Origin: a virus
Lineage: Duplodnaviria; Caudoviricetes
Virus record (IMG/VR): IMGVR_UViG_3300032327_001770
Span: 1 to 25,257 of that record
Length of the DNA: 25,257 nucleotides
Strand: one strand, 5' to 3'
Shown here: positions 1 to 8,037 of the stretch, piece by piece
Numbering within the stretch: position 1 is the first letter of the stretch
Layout of the letters: every line of letters starts with the position of its first letter
Translations under genes and position numbers: made by a program
Notes under the pieces: generated by a model
Told to the model about the DNA's origin: nothing
Seen by the model: the letters and a program-made list of their open reading frames with translations, nothing else
Databases searched by the model: none

Positions 1-225
1 TTATTGGTTAAAGCATTCAGGTTCGATCAGGTTCAAATCCTGCATATCATTTAAAAACTTCTGAGCATAACGGATGGTGTTTTCTGTTCTGAATTTTGCT
101 GGTTCGTTTTGCAGATATTTGTAATAGTTGGATTTTTTGAAATATTCCCAAGCATTACCTTTGGTTAAATTTTCGTAAGAATTTTTGATTAATTCTTGTT
201 TGATTTGATCTTGAAAATTTTGCAT
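1..225 (-). CDS. Small hypothetical protein (74 aa, MQNFQDQIKQ...)
   Basis: Within ORF 1..270. ATG at 225 is preceded by AAGGA (231-235) and a promoter-like motif, so it is preferred as the start. No recognisable family. Confidence 0.6.
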   Translation of the reverse strand: MQNFQDQIKQELIKNSYENLTKGNAWEYFKKSNYYKYLQNEPAKFRTENTIRYAQKFLNDMQDLNLIEPECFNQ

Positions 226-300
226 TTTTTTCCTTGTTTTTGATTGAGTCGCCACATGGCTTGAACCCAATGAACACTTCGTTTGAAACAGTTATCAAGT
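226..300 (-). promoter_or_regulatory. Putative promoter plus RBS leader for the 1..225 gene
   Basis: Minus strand reads ACTTGATA-N17-GTTCATTGG...AATCAAAAACAAGGAAAAAAATG, similar to the leader at 24981-25062. Confidence 0.45.
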
Positions 301-317
301 AGAATAATCAACTATCT

Positions 318-530
318 TCACTTAGTGCAGCTCTCTTCAAATTCTTGATTAAAATTGTCGATTTGGCGGAGGGTTTCTTCGGACATTGTGTCGTATTCTT
401 CTTGACTCAAAGTGATGGGATTTGCCCACAAACAAAAGCTATTTGCGGATGTATTTTTGCATCCGGCGCTTAACAGCAGAAATATCATCGCTACGGCGAT
501 TTTCTTGGCGTTTTTTTGATTCAATTGCAT
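318..530 (-). CDS. o-spanin (Rz1-like outer-membrane lipoprotein)
   Basis: Basic N-terminus, hydrophobic stretch and lipobox LSAG-C; extra Cys residues; overlaps the 3' half of the i-spanin in another frame; last gene of the lysis cassette. Confidence 0.75.
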   Translation of the reverse strand: MQLNQKNAKKIAVAMIFLLLSAGCKNTSANSFCLWANPITLSQEEYDTMSEETLRQIDNFNQEFEESCTK

Positions 531-654
531 CAGTAAAATCTTCTTCGAGCTGTTTGGTTTTTTGGGATTTTTTGCCGTAAAAATTGCCTAAAGTAAAAAT
601 GGCAATCATCGCACCAGCAATTGCTGCCAGTCGCGCTAGTAAGTTTTGGATCAT
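439..654 (-). CDS. i-spanin (Rz-like inner-membrane protein)
   Basis: Single N-terminal TM segment followed by a charged helical domain; follows the holin with ATGA overlap. Confidence 0.7.
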   Translation of the reverse strand: MIQNLLARLAAIAGAMIAIFTLGNFYGKKSQKTKQLEEDFTDAIESKKRQENRRSDDISAVKRRMQKYIRK

Positions 655-887
655 TTTTTATTTTGTCTTAAAAGTTCGAGTAATCCTGAACCGATAAGAG
701 TTGCACCAACATAAACCATCGTGTCGGCTGAGTTATTAAGCTGATCAAAGGATATTGCCGTCACATGACGAAGCCCGTAAATGAACAGAATAAATTTCAT
801 CAAAGAACCAACCAAAAGACAAAATGCTCCCGCTAATCTTTTTGACGATTTGTTGCCGCTGCAATCTTCTAAAAATTTGCAAGCCAT
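651..887 (-). CDS. Putative holin (two TM segments)
   Basis: 78 aa, two hydrophobic helices, basic C-terminus (LLRQNKK), between endolysin and spanins. Confidence 0.6.
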   Translation of the reverse strand: MACKFLEDCSGNKSSKRLAGAFCLLVGSLMKFILFIYGLRHVTAISFDQLNNSADTMVYVGATLIGSGLLELLRQNKK

Positions 888-889
888 GT

Positions 890-1282
890 TTAGTCTTTTG
901 CTAATTCAAAATGGGGTAAGTCGTAAAAATTTTGATCTTTCAAATCGTTGTCAGAATCCCAATCGCCGCCCCAGAGAATTTTGATGTTGAGCATTTGAGC
1001 AATTCCCTGAACTCGGCCGGCAAAGTGGTAAAAACGGTTTTTGTCATTCCAATCAACTGGCCATGGCGCAACATCAACTGCGAGCGATGGATTTTGATTG
1101 TGCTTACCGCCTGATTTAATTTTTGATTTACCAGCGTTGAATGCTTTTAGTTGATCTTCATCTGATCTGTAACCTTCAATGATGGTGCAGTCATAATGCT
1201 TGATCACTTCGTTAAAAAGTTTCTGCAAATCTGGGTGACAAGTCGATAATTTTTTGAGTGAATCTTTTCCAAATTGCGGCAT
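890..1282 (-). CDS. Endolysin, M15 family Zn peptidase (L-Ala-D-Glu peptidase type)
   Basis: Motifs IIEGYRS..Q, KH..NPSLAVD, WGGDW and DLPHFEL supply the His/Asp/His zinc ligands of T5-like endolysins. Confidence 0.9.
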   Translation of the reverse strand: MPQFGKDSLKKLSTCHPDLQKLFNEVIKHYDCTIIEGYRSDEDQLKAFNAGKSKIKSGGKHNQNPSLAVDVAPWPVDWNDKNRFYHFAGRVQGIAQMLNIKILWGGDWDSDNDLKDQNFYDLPHFELAKD

Positions 1283-1291
1283 AAATTTTGA

Positions 1292-1588
1292 TTATTTGAG
1301 TTTGATATGATCACCAAGAAGAGAAATAAATCCGGCGGTTAAAATGGTTACGAAGCCGATTACGATGCACTTAACCAAAATTCTGAAGCTGTCCTTCTTC
1401 GCCATGCGAAATGCTTTTAGAAGCTCACGCAAATCACGAATATCAGTTGGCGCGTTTTCATCATGAAGACCAAGTTCAGTTAAGGCTTTTTTGGCACCTT
1501 CTTTGGAAGCCTGCTCAAGCAGCAATTCCAATTCACATTTCGTGATGATGAATTCTCCATCGTCAGATTTTTTAATTTTACTCCACAT
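1292..1588 (-). CDS. DUF6127-like membrane protein preceding the endolysin
   Basis: EGAKKAL.ELGL.DENA..DIRDLRELL.A pattern plus C-terminal TM, recalled from alphaproteobacterial phage lysis regions. Confidence 0.65.
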   Translation of the reverse strand: MWSKIKKSDDGEFIITKCELELLLEQASKEGAKKALTELGLHDENAPTDIRDLRELLKAFRMAKKDSFRILVKCIVIGFVTILTAGFISLLGDHIKLK

Positions 1589-2573
1589 CGGATAGTTTGA
1601 TGATTGCGGTTACTTGAGTTGTGAATCCTTGGTCAGTAAGCGAATGGTTAACGCTCGTGATGATCCAATTTTTGTTTTTTAGGTATTTGATGTCGGTGAA
1701 AGTGATCTTGTTTTCGGCGCTGAGTTTTGGATTTCCTGTGGTGGAAAAATTTAAGTTTTCTGCACCGCGTTTAAATTCAGCGAGTTTGGCTTTTGCAGCG
1801 GCAAGCGCTCGGTCAGCACTGACAAATTTATAGCGCATCGTGTATGCTGGATCACCAGTTCCGGCAAAAACATTTTCTTCTTTTCCGGTAGCAAAATTAT
1901 GCCACTTAGCAATTACCTTGCCGAATTTTTCCATATCGGAAACACGCAGTTTCCAATCAGAAATTTGCGTAGCAGAAAACTTTGTTGTCGGCAGTTCTTT
2001 GCCATTTTCTGAAACGCTGATGCCTCTTCTGAAAAATAATAATCTTCCCAAAGACAGCTTGGCAAAAGCACCATAGCTTTGCGCCAAAGTGTTCAGGAAA
2101 GATATGTCGCTTTCGTCAGTTTGATCTAAGTGCGAGATGTAAATTTGTTTGAAATACTCATCTATCGCCGCCTTGAAACCATGGTTGTTGGCAATTGCGG
2201 TAATGATTCCAACCAGCGTGTAGCCGTGCCAAGATTTACTCTTTGGTGCTTTGATTTTTTTGCTTAGATTTTTGTCGAGAGTGTTGCTTGCCTTGCCAGT
2301 AATTCGTATCTGCAAAGGTGGCGATGAAACTTCAACATCATCAACGATATAGCTTCCCATCTTGGTCAGTGGCTTGTCTTCATAACCAAGAGAAACTTCA
2401 AGCACAGCACCGCGTGGCGGTATTTCCAATTTCTCGTCACGATTATCGAGAAGAATTTCACAAGTATCAGAAACTAAACCAGTTTCGTCAGTGACATTAA
2501 TTGAAACCAATCTTTGAGCGATTAACGCTGTGACATCTTTTTTATCGGCAGTAATTTTGAATGCTGGATTCAC
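1578..2573 (-). CDS. P2 GpD-like baseplate hub (late control D family)
   Basis: RLVSINVTDETGLVSDTCEILLD, SLGY, HLDQTDESDISFL..LA..YGA motifs; follows U and X. GTG start at 2573 overlaps the GpX stop. Confidence 0.9.
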   Translation of the reverse strand: MNPAFKITADKKDVTALIAQRLVSINVTDETGLVSDTCEILLDNRDEKLEIPPRGAVLEVSLGYEDKPLTKMGSYIVDDVEVSSPPLQIRITGKASNTLDKNLSKKIKAPKSKSWHGYTLVGIITAIANNHGFKAAIDEYFKQIYISHLDQTDESDISFLNTLAQSYGAFAKLSLGRLLFFRRGISVSENGKELPTTKFSATQISDWKLRVSDMEKFGKVIAKWHNFATGKEENVFAGTGDPAYTMRYKFVSADRALAAAKAKLAEFKRGAENLNFSTTGNPKLSAENKITFTDIKYLKNKNWIITSVNHSLTDQGFTTQVTAIIKLSDVE

Positions 2574-2776
2574 GACCAAAGTTTAACGCTTTCTGTTTCT
2601 TCTGCTAAAGTTAAATCCGGCAAAATAATTTTTACGCCGGCGGCAAAAATACTGCCGAGTTCTGCAAGGTGACGATTAGCTTCTAAAACTTTTTCAACGA
2701 TGCCAGTCGTGCTGCCGTAATACTTCCAGCAGATTGCATCAAGCACATCACCATCTTTTGTGACATAAGTGATCAT
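2570..2776 (-). CDS. P2 GpX-like tail protein (LysM-like)
   Basis: YVTKDGDVLDAICWKYYG...VLEAN..LA...AGVKIILPD...KLWS is the classic tail X pattern. Confidence 0.93.
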   Translation of the reverse strand: MITYVTKDGDVLDAICWKYYGSTTGIVEKVLEANRHLAELGSIFAAGVKIILPDLTLAEETESVKLWS

Positions 2777-3267
2777 ATTGATTTAACGATGTTTTGGATG
2801 ATTCCCTTAACTCCAGGCTTTGCATCTTCGCCATAACGCTTAAGACTAATTGAAAATTCAATTTTAAGTGGTGCGCCGTCTTTCATAAAAACGCTTTGAT
2901 TTTCTGAAATTTTGACAATGCACCATTTACCAAAAGCGTTGCCGTTTCCTGAAATCAAATACAGCGGTTTGCCAATTCCGGCTTCAGCGCGCATCAACGT
3001 AACCTGACGCAAACCTCCTTTAAAGTGCGGATAAATCACACCATCAAGATCAATGGTTTCCACGCCAAATCCTGTGAATTGCAAAGCTGGATCAGCACCG
3101 ATTCTATTAACTTCCTGCCAACGATATTCACTTTGTCTTTTGAGACTTTGAAAAGCGGCAGAGCTGATCGCAAAACGATAAGCACCCAGAATCATCATCA
3201 TGTTGATTCCTAGCGCGCTGTTTAGATTCAGCTTGCCGCCAAGGTTTTTAAAGGAATCGAAAATCAT
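2773..3267 (-). CDS. P2 GpU-like tail tube initiator
   Basis: MMMILGAYRF, YRWQEVNRIG..PALQFTG, GKWCI..ISE, KIEFSISLKRY motifs; directly after the tape measure gene. Confidence 0.9.
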   Translation of the reverse strand: MIFDSFKNLGGKLNLNSALGINMMMILGAYRFAISSAAFQSLKRQSEYRWQEVNRIGADPALQFTGFGVETIDLDGVIYPHFKGGLRQVTLMRAEAGIGKPLYLISGNGNAFGKWCIVKISENQSVFMKDGAPLKIEFSISLKRYGEDAKPGVKGIIQNIVKSI

Positions 3268-5603
3268 TGATCGTAGTTCAAAGCGAGTTTTCTTGCGGAT
3301 AATTTTCTGAAAGTTTCATCAATTGCGATTCGCACCTGATCAGCGATTTTTCTCTCATCCATATTGCCGCCAGCGTTTATTGTGATCGGCGCAGAAATAG
3401 AAATTTGTTGCGATCCATTGCCGCTTGTCGGAGCTGCAATATTTGGCATTTCAAAAGATGGAATTTTGCCAAAATCTCTTTTGCCTGATTCAAGATTGTT
3501 AACAACATTTCCAACTGCTGAAGAGCTTGGATTTTTTACATCAGAATTTCCTGCGACAAAATTCCATGCTTTTCCTGCAACACTGGTGATCGAACCAACA
3601 ACTGATTTTAAAGGTTCAACCAGCTTCATCACCCAATCAAAAGCAGTTTTCACCCAACCGATAATTCCGCTAAAAATATTCTTAAAAAATTCACCGAGCG
3701 GTTTCCAATTTCTAATTATTAAAAATGCCGCTGCAGCAATTCCAGCAATAATCCAGGTGATTGGACTAGTTAGTAATGCCAAACCCATAGTTCTAATTGC
3801 AGTTGTAATTATTGGCATTGCAATTGAGGTAAAAGTAAGAGCGGTTCTAAAAGCAATTAATGCACCTTGTGCTATCAGGAATGGAGCTTTTATCCAAGTA
3901 AGAGCATAGCCAAGACCAACAGTTGCAATTTTAAGACCAATCAAACCAGTGATTGCCATTCCAATATATTTTGTAGTGACAGGAAATTTTTCTGCGAGGT
4001 TGCTCACCTTTAATGCAAAATCAGCAACTGTTCTGGCGCTAGTAGAAATTGCCGGAAGTAGAGTATTCCCTAATGAAATTCCAACTGATTCAATTGATGA
4101 ATCTAATTCTCTAAATGCACCAACGGCGGTATCATTTAAGCGATCAGCAATATTTTTAGCAGTGCCAGAAGAGTTTTTTATTTTATCTAAAACCTGATCA
4201 ACACTGCCAGTTTCATCGGATTTTTTGTCAAAGGCTTTGAAGATGTTTAAAGCACCCGAAGTGGCATAAGTTCCAAAAATATCTTTTACTGCGCCAATTC
4301 TTTTATCGTCAGAAAGATTTCTTGTGGCTTTGTGAAGATCGCGTAAAATATCAATCATTGAGCGCATTTTGCCTTTGTCAAAAATCTTAACACCAAGACC
4401 TTTCAATCTTGTTTGAGCCAGCAATGCTTCTTTGGCGACATCGGGCATTTCTTCGGCGGAGATTTGCATTTCATCACGCATTTTGCCAAGAGCTTTTGCA
4501 CCAGCTCTTGCGGGTGCTGCAAGGCGCAAATATGCTGACCTAAGCATCGTTCCTGCCATACTGGCTTCAATTCCGGCATTTCCTAAAACTCCAGCGAGCG
4601 CTGCCGTTTCTTCTAACGTTCCACCAACTGAAGCTGCGGCGGGAGCTACAAATTTCATAGTTTCACCTAAAGTTCTTACATCAGTGCTGGTGGCAACTGC
4701 GGCTTGTGCTAAAACATCCGAAGCTCTGCCGGCATCTTCGGCTTTCATGCCAAAGCTGTTGAGAATATTGGAAACAATTTTGGCGGATTCGCCAAGTTCC
4801 ATATTGTCAGCTATGGCAAGATTCAAAATTGCTGGAGTTGCAGCTAAAATCTGATTGGTAGTAAAGCCCGACATTCCAAGCAGCTGCATTGCTTTTGCGG
4901 CTTCTGTGGAGGTATATTGAGTGGTGTTGCCAAGCTCTCTGGCTTTTGCTGTTAGCTTTTTAAAACCTTCAGAATTTGCCGCCTCTTCAGTAACGGCGCC
5001 AACACGAGCCATAGCAAACTCAAAATCTACCGCTGGTTTGACTGCTTTATATAATATGCCACCAAGCGCAACTGCATCAACCATCTGTCCACGATAATTG
5101 GCGCGATTGCTTAAGTTTTGTGATTTGGCATCGGCATTAGCTTGAAGTGCAGCTTGTCTCTTTTTTAAAGTTTCGAGAGTCTTTCCTAAAACCTGTTGTT
5201 GTTGATTTAAGTTTTTGAAATCAACGCCAGTAGCACTTAAGGCTTTACCCATTTCGCGCGTTGCTTGCGCTGACTCCATGAAAGCGGTTTTTGCTCTTTG
5301 TGCAGCCGTCTCTGCCTTACGAAAATTGTTCTGAAGCTCTTTAGAAGGTTTGTCCATTTTGCTGATTTCCGTGCTTAAAAGATTCAGCTTTTGCTTCGCT
5401 TCCTGATATGCGAGAGATGCTTCTTTTGTGGCGCGCGATGATTTTCTGAAAGCCTCAATTTCTCCTGCTTTATCATTAACCTTTTTGATTGCATCACCAA
5501 GTGCAGAGAGCTGTTTATTCGCTCCGCTGAAAGAATCTCGGAATGATTTTCCCAAATCAGCACCGATTAAAATCGATACGGCAGCGTGAGTTGAGTTGGT
5601 CAT
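3264..5603 (-). CDS. Tape measure protein (TP901-family core)
   Basis: 779 aa; coiled-coil N-terminus, ARELGNTTQYT..EAA..M..LGMSG and LGETMKFVAP...GIEASMAGT.LR core, hydrophobic C-terminal part. Confidence 0.95.
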   Translation of the reverse strand: MTNSTHAAVSILIGADLGKSFRDSFSGANKQLSALGDAIKKVNDKAGEIEAFRKSSRATKEASLAYQEAKQKLNLLSTEISKMDKPSKELQNNFRKAETAAQRAKTAFMESAQATREMGKALSATGVDFKNLNQQQQVLGKTLETLKKRQAALQANADAKSQNLSNRANYRGQMVDAVALGGILYKAVKPAVDFEFAMARVGAVTEEAANSEGFKKLTAKARELGNTTQYTSTEAAKAMQLLGMSGFTTNQILAATPAILNLAIADNMELGESAKIVSNILNSFGMKAEDAGRASDVLAQAAVATSTDVRTLGETMKFVAPAAASVGGTLEETAALAGVLGNAGIEASMAGTMLRSAYLRLAAPARAGAKALGKMRDEMQISAEEMPDVAKEALLAQTRLKGLGVKIFDKGKMRSMIDILRDLHKATRNLSDDKRIGAVKDIFGTYATSGALNIFKAFDKKSDETGSVDQVLDKIKNSSGTAKNIADRLNDTAVGAFRELDSSIESVGISLGNTLLPAISTSARTVADFALKVSNLAEKFPVTTKYIGMAITGLIGLKIATVGLGYALTWIKAPFLIAQGALIAFRTALTFTSIAMPIITTAIRTMGLALLTSPITWIIAGIAAAAFLIIRNWKPLGEFFKNIFSGIIGWVKTAFDWVMKLVEPLKSVVGSITSVAGKAWNFVAGNSDVKNPSSSAVGNVVNNLESGKRDFGKIPSFEMPNIAAPTSGNGSQQISISAPITINAGGNMDERKIADQVRIAIDETFRKLSARKLALNYDQ

Positions 5604-5758
5604 ATTTTTATTTCGGAGTATTCTTTATGAACATCAATTGCGGCATCAAAGAAGAGTGAGAAATCTTCTTCAGTCATTTCTGAGATTTCAGAAAGTTGCC
5701 AGTTGGTTATTTTCGAGAGGATGATTATTGCTTTTGTGACATCCCCTCGGAATTGAAA
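5600..5758 (-). CDS. GpE' (-1 frameshift extension of the tail assembly chaperone), absent from the ORF track
   Basis: The -1 frame after GGGTTTTTTC reads FQFRGDVTKAIIILSKITNWQLSEISEMTEEDFSLFFDAAIDVHKEYSEIKI*, with the P2 GpE' W..SEI..M pattern; its TGA (5602-5600) overlaps the tape measure ATG. Confidence 0.85.
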   Translation of the reverse strand, partial: FQFRGDVTKAIIILSKITNWQLSEISEMTEEDFSLFFDAAIDVHKEYSEIKI

Positions 5759-5764
5759 AAACCC
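5714..5764 (-). promoter_or_regulatory. Programmed -1 ribosomal frameshift signal with downstream stem-loop
   Basis: In-frame G GGT TTT TTC (5764-5755) followed 5 nt later by a 10-bp stem CGAGGGGAUG/CAUCCUCUCG (5749-5740 / 5723-5714). Confidence 0.8.
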
Positions 5765-5991
5765 AAATACACCTTTTGCAAATTTGAGTAATCAGCTTCA
5801 TCGAGCTCCTCTATTACCTTCGGTTCAACTTCACAAAGATTGGCAAAAAGTCTGATTTCTTTTTCCTCATCAGAGGCGGTTTTCATTTTGGCGACCAAAA
5901 GACGATCTTTGATTTTTGAGCGTCTCATGGTTAAATTGGTGAAAGTTTCACCGGTTGCTTCAACCGGATATTTAAGTTCAACTGTGTGCAT
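5725..5991 (-). CDS. Tail assembly chaperone (P2 GpE / Mu gp41-like)
   Basis: MHTVELKYPV...LTMRRSKIKD...EIRLFANLCEV...IEELDEADY; ATG at 5991 preferred over the 6108 extension that overlaps the DUF167 gene. Confidence 0.9.
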   Translation of the reverse strand: MHTVELKYPVEATGETFTNLTMRRSKIKDRLLVAKMKTASDEEKEIRLFANLCEVEPKVIEELDEADYSNLQKVYLGFFNSEGMSQKQ

Positions 5992-6003
5992 ATTTTTTGT
6001 TAA

Positions 6004-6243
6004 ATGAAGATTTCTATAAAAGTGATTCCAGGCGCCAAACAAAACGAAATTGCTGAAGGTGGTTTTGATGAATCGGGCGCAAGAATATTGAAGGTAAGAG
6101 TCAACCAACCACCAGAAGATGGAAAAGCCAACAAGGCGGCAATTGAGCTGTTAGCAAAATATTTAAAAGTGAAGAAAAGCGCGGTTTCTATAATCTCTGG
6201 CGAAACTTCGCGAAATAAAATTATAGAAATTAAATTGGATTAA
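6004..6243 (+). CDS. yggU: DUF167 / YggU (UPF0235) family protein
   Basis: IKVIPGAKQNEI...LKVRVNQPPEDGKANKAAIELLAKYLKVKKSAVSIISGETSRNKII matches the family along its full length. Confidence 0.92.
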   Translation: MKISIKVIPGAKQNEIAEGGFDESGARILKVRVNQPPEDGKANKAAIELLAKYLKVKKSAVSIISGETSRNKIIEIKLD

Positions 6244-6740
6244 ATTCCTAACGCCTTGCGAACATCAACCAGCTTGTCCTGACCACCAATTTTTCTAGTC
6301 ATGTTGTCGATATCGATTTCGATGAGCTGCTGACCATCAATTTCAAGTGAGTAATAACGGCAAGCGATAGTGCATTGCAGCGTTCCTTTTTCTCCTGCTG
6401 ATATTTTTCCCATATCCATTTCGGTATACATACCGCGCAGCTTGATTATGATTGGTGAAACTGTGGTGTCGTCTTGTAAAGCGCCACGAATGGTTACAGC
6501 AACGGCATTGCCACTAACCAGACCAAATTGCTTCAAAACATCTTTGTCATACTCAAGAAGCGTGAACGAGCCTTCGAGTTTTTCGACACCCATATCAACC
6601 ATCACCGGAGAGTCCATGCCGCCAGCACGGAACTCTTCAGTTTTGATGTTTAATTTTGGCGGATTTACTTCTTCAACTTTGCCCACATAGCCACGGCCAT
6701 CAATGAACAAATTGAAGTTCTTTAAAATTTTAGGAATCAT
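6240..6740 (-). CDS. Major tail tube protein (P2 FII-like)
   Basis: PKILKNFNLFIDG.GY.G, EEFRAGGMD.PV.VDMG.EKLE, YYSLEIDG..LIEID..NM...IGG.D...RKALGI. Confidence 0.95.
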   Translation of the reverse strand: MIPKILKNFNLFIDGRGYVGKVEEVNPPKLNIKTEEFRAGGMDSPVMVDMGVEKLEGSFTLLEYDKDVLKQFGLVSGNAVAVTIRGALQDDTTVSPIIIKLRGMYTEMDMGKISAGEKGTLQCTIACRYYSLEIDGQQLIEIDIDNMTRKIGGQDKLVDVRKALGI

Positions 6741-6755
6741 GTTTGTTTGCTATTT

Positions 6756-7982
6756 TTAGTTAGAAAAAAGTTCTTCGAGATACTCATCAGTCATTCTTGA
6801 GCGGAATGTGATGTGCTCTGCCGGATAAGGTGGAGTAAAGTCAAAATCGAAAGTGATTTTGCCTTGAGAGATTTGACTTGGAGTGTTTAGTTCAGGGTTA
6901 ATAAACGCATTTCCATCGATGATTGCCTGAATGCTTTTGAGGTAGCGTAGATAACCATTAACGCCTTCTAAAACATCTTCGATGTAAGTTTTAGTGATAT
7001 TGCGATCCACCGCCCACAAGTGAGCTCTTAAGAGTGAATCATTAATCATGTCCGCCGTCCTTCTGCTTTGTAGAAATGCCCACTTTGCATCTGCTGAAGT
7101 AGTTCTATTTCCCCAAAGCCTGAAGCCATCCTGCTGAATGATGGTGGCGATCTTATTTTCGTTTAAGTAGTTGGCTGTGCAGTTGGTATCGCCTAAAGCA
7201 AAATCAATTGGCTTGGAAATTCCAACAATGCCATTAATCACCATGTTTGATGGCGACCACCAAAAACCGCGCTCATTATCTGATTTAGCAATAAGGCCAG
7301 CAACTCTTGCAGAAGAAGGTTGTGCAGCAATTGTGTTGTTTGCAGTGTTTAAAACTTTCACCCATGGAAACACTGGATAAATTCTTGGACTGCCCCAGTC
7401 ATTAGCGTAATTGACGGCATCAGTTTTGTTGGTATTTGGGCAGTCAGCGATAATTACTGCTCTTAGCCTCTCGGCAACAGTTAGAAGTTCAGCAGCCACA
7501 GGATTTGCTAAAGGTTCATCATCTTCATCAAGAGGTGTTTGATGAGTGAATCCTGGAGCGATCAAAATTCTTGGTGTTACGGCGACTTCTGACTGTGCGG
7601 CAAGAAGTGCTGAAACGCCTTTATATTTGCCAGTAGCTTCATCAACGCCGCCAATAATATCGCTTAGGGTGATTTTAGTTGGATCAAGAACTCCGGAAGT
7701 TTTATGAGCTGAGTTATCGGGATCAGCAACATTGATCACCACAACCATTGCACCAGTCTGTTTGAATATCGCATCAAGCGCCGATGGAATACTGAAATTG
7801 GCATCAGAGCCAAAAATCGTAACAGCTTCCGCTGGAGAACCTAAAATCAAAGTCGGTGTATTTACTGGTCCTTTGGAAGCCGTTCCAACAAGTCCGATTA
7901 CTGAAGATTTAACTGTTTGTATAGGGCGCGCACCATCATCTATTTCGATGATTTCTACGCCATGTAGAAATTGCTCGGTCAT
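6756..7982 (-). CDS. Contractile tail sheath protein (P2 FI-like)
   Basis: FLHGVEIIEIDDGARPI, PRILIAPGF, GFWWSPSN, GFRLWGNRT, FDFTPPYPAEHITF. Confidence 0.96.
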   Translation of the reverse strand: MTEQFLHGVEIIEIDDGARPIQTVKSSVIGLVGTASKGPVNTPTLILGSPAEAVTIFGSDANFSIPSALDAIFKQTGAMVVVINVADPDNSAHKTSGVLDPTKITLSDIIGGVDEATGKYKGVSALLAAQSEVAVTPRILIAPGFTHQTPLDEDDEPLANPVAAELLTVAERLRAVIIADCPNTNKTDAVNYANDWGSPRIYPVFPWVKVLNTANNTIAAQPSSARVAGLIAKSDNERGFWWSPSNMVINGIVGISKPIDFALGDTNCTANYLNENKIATIIQQDGFRLWGNRTTSADAKWAFLQSRRTADMINDSLLRAHLWAVDRNITKTYIEDVLEGVNGYLRYLKSIQAIIDGNAFINPELNTPSQISQGKITFDFDFTPPYPAEHITFRSRMTDEYLEELFSN

Positions 7983-8037
7983 ATTTTATTTTAAGTTTGT
8001 TAAGAAAGTTTTTTAGAAAATTTGGGTCGCTGTGTAG

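Noticed and set aside
3364-4854. Long plus-strand ORFs (181, 82 and 140 aa) opposite the tape measure gene
   Set aside because: Antisense shadows of an Ala/Ile-rich gene with no motifs or RBS.
5992-6108. 39-aa N-terminal extension of gpE from the ORF track
   Set aside because: It is the antisense of the DUF167 gene; chaperone similarity begins at the ATG at 5991.
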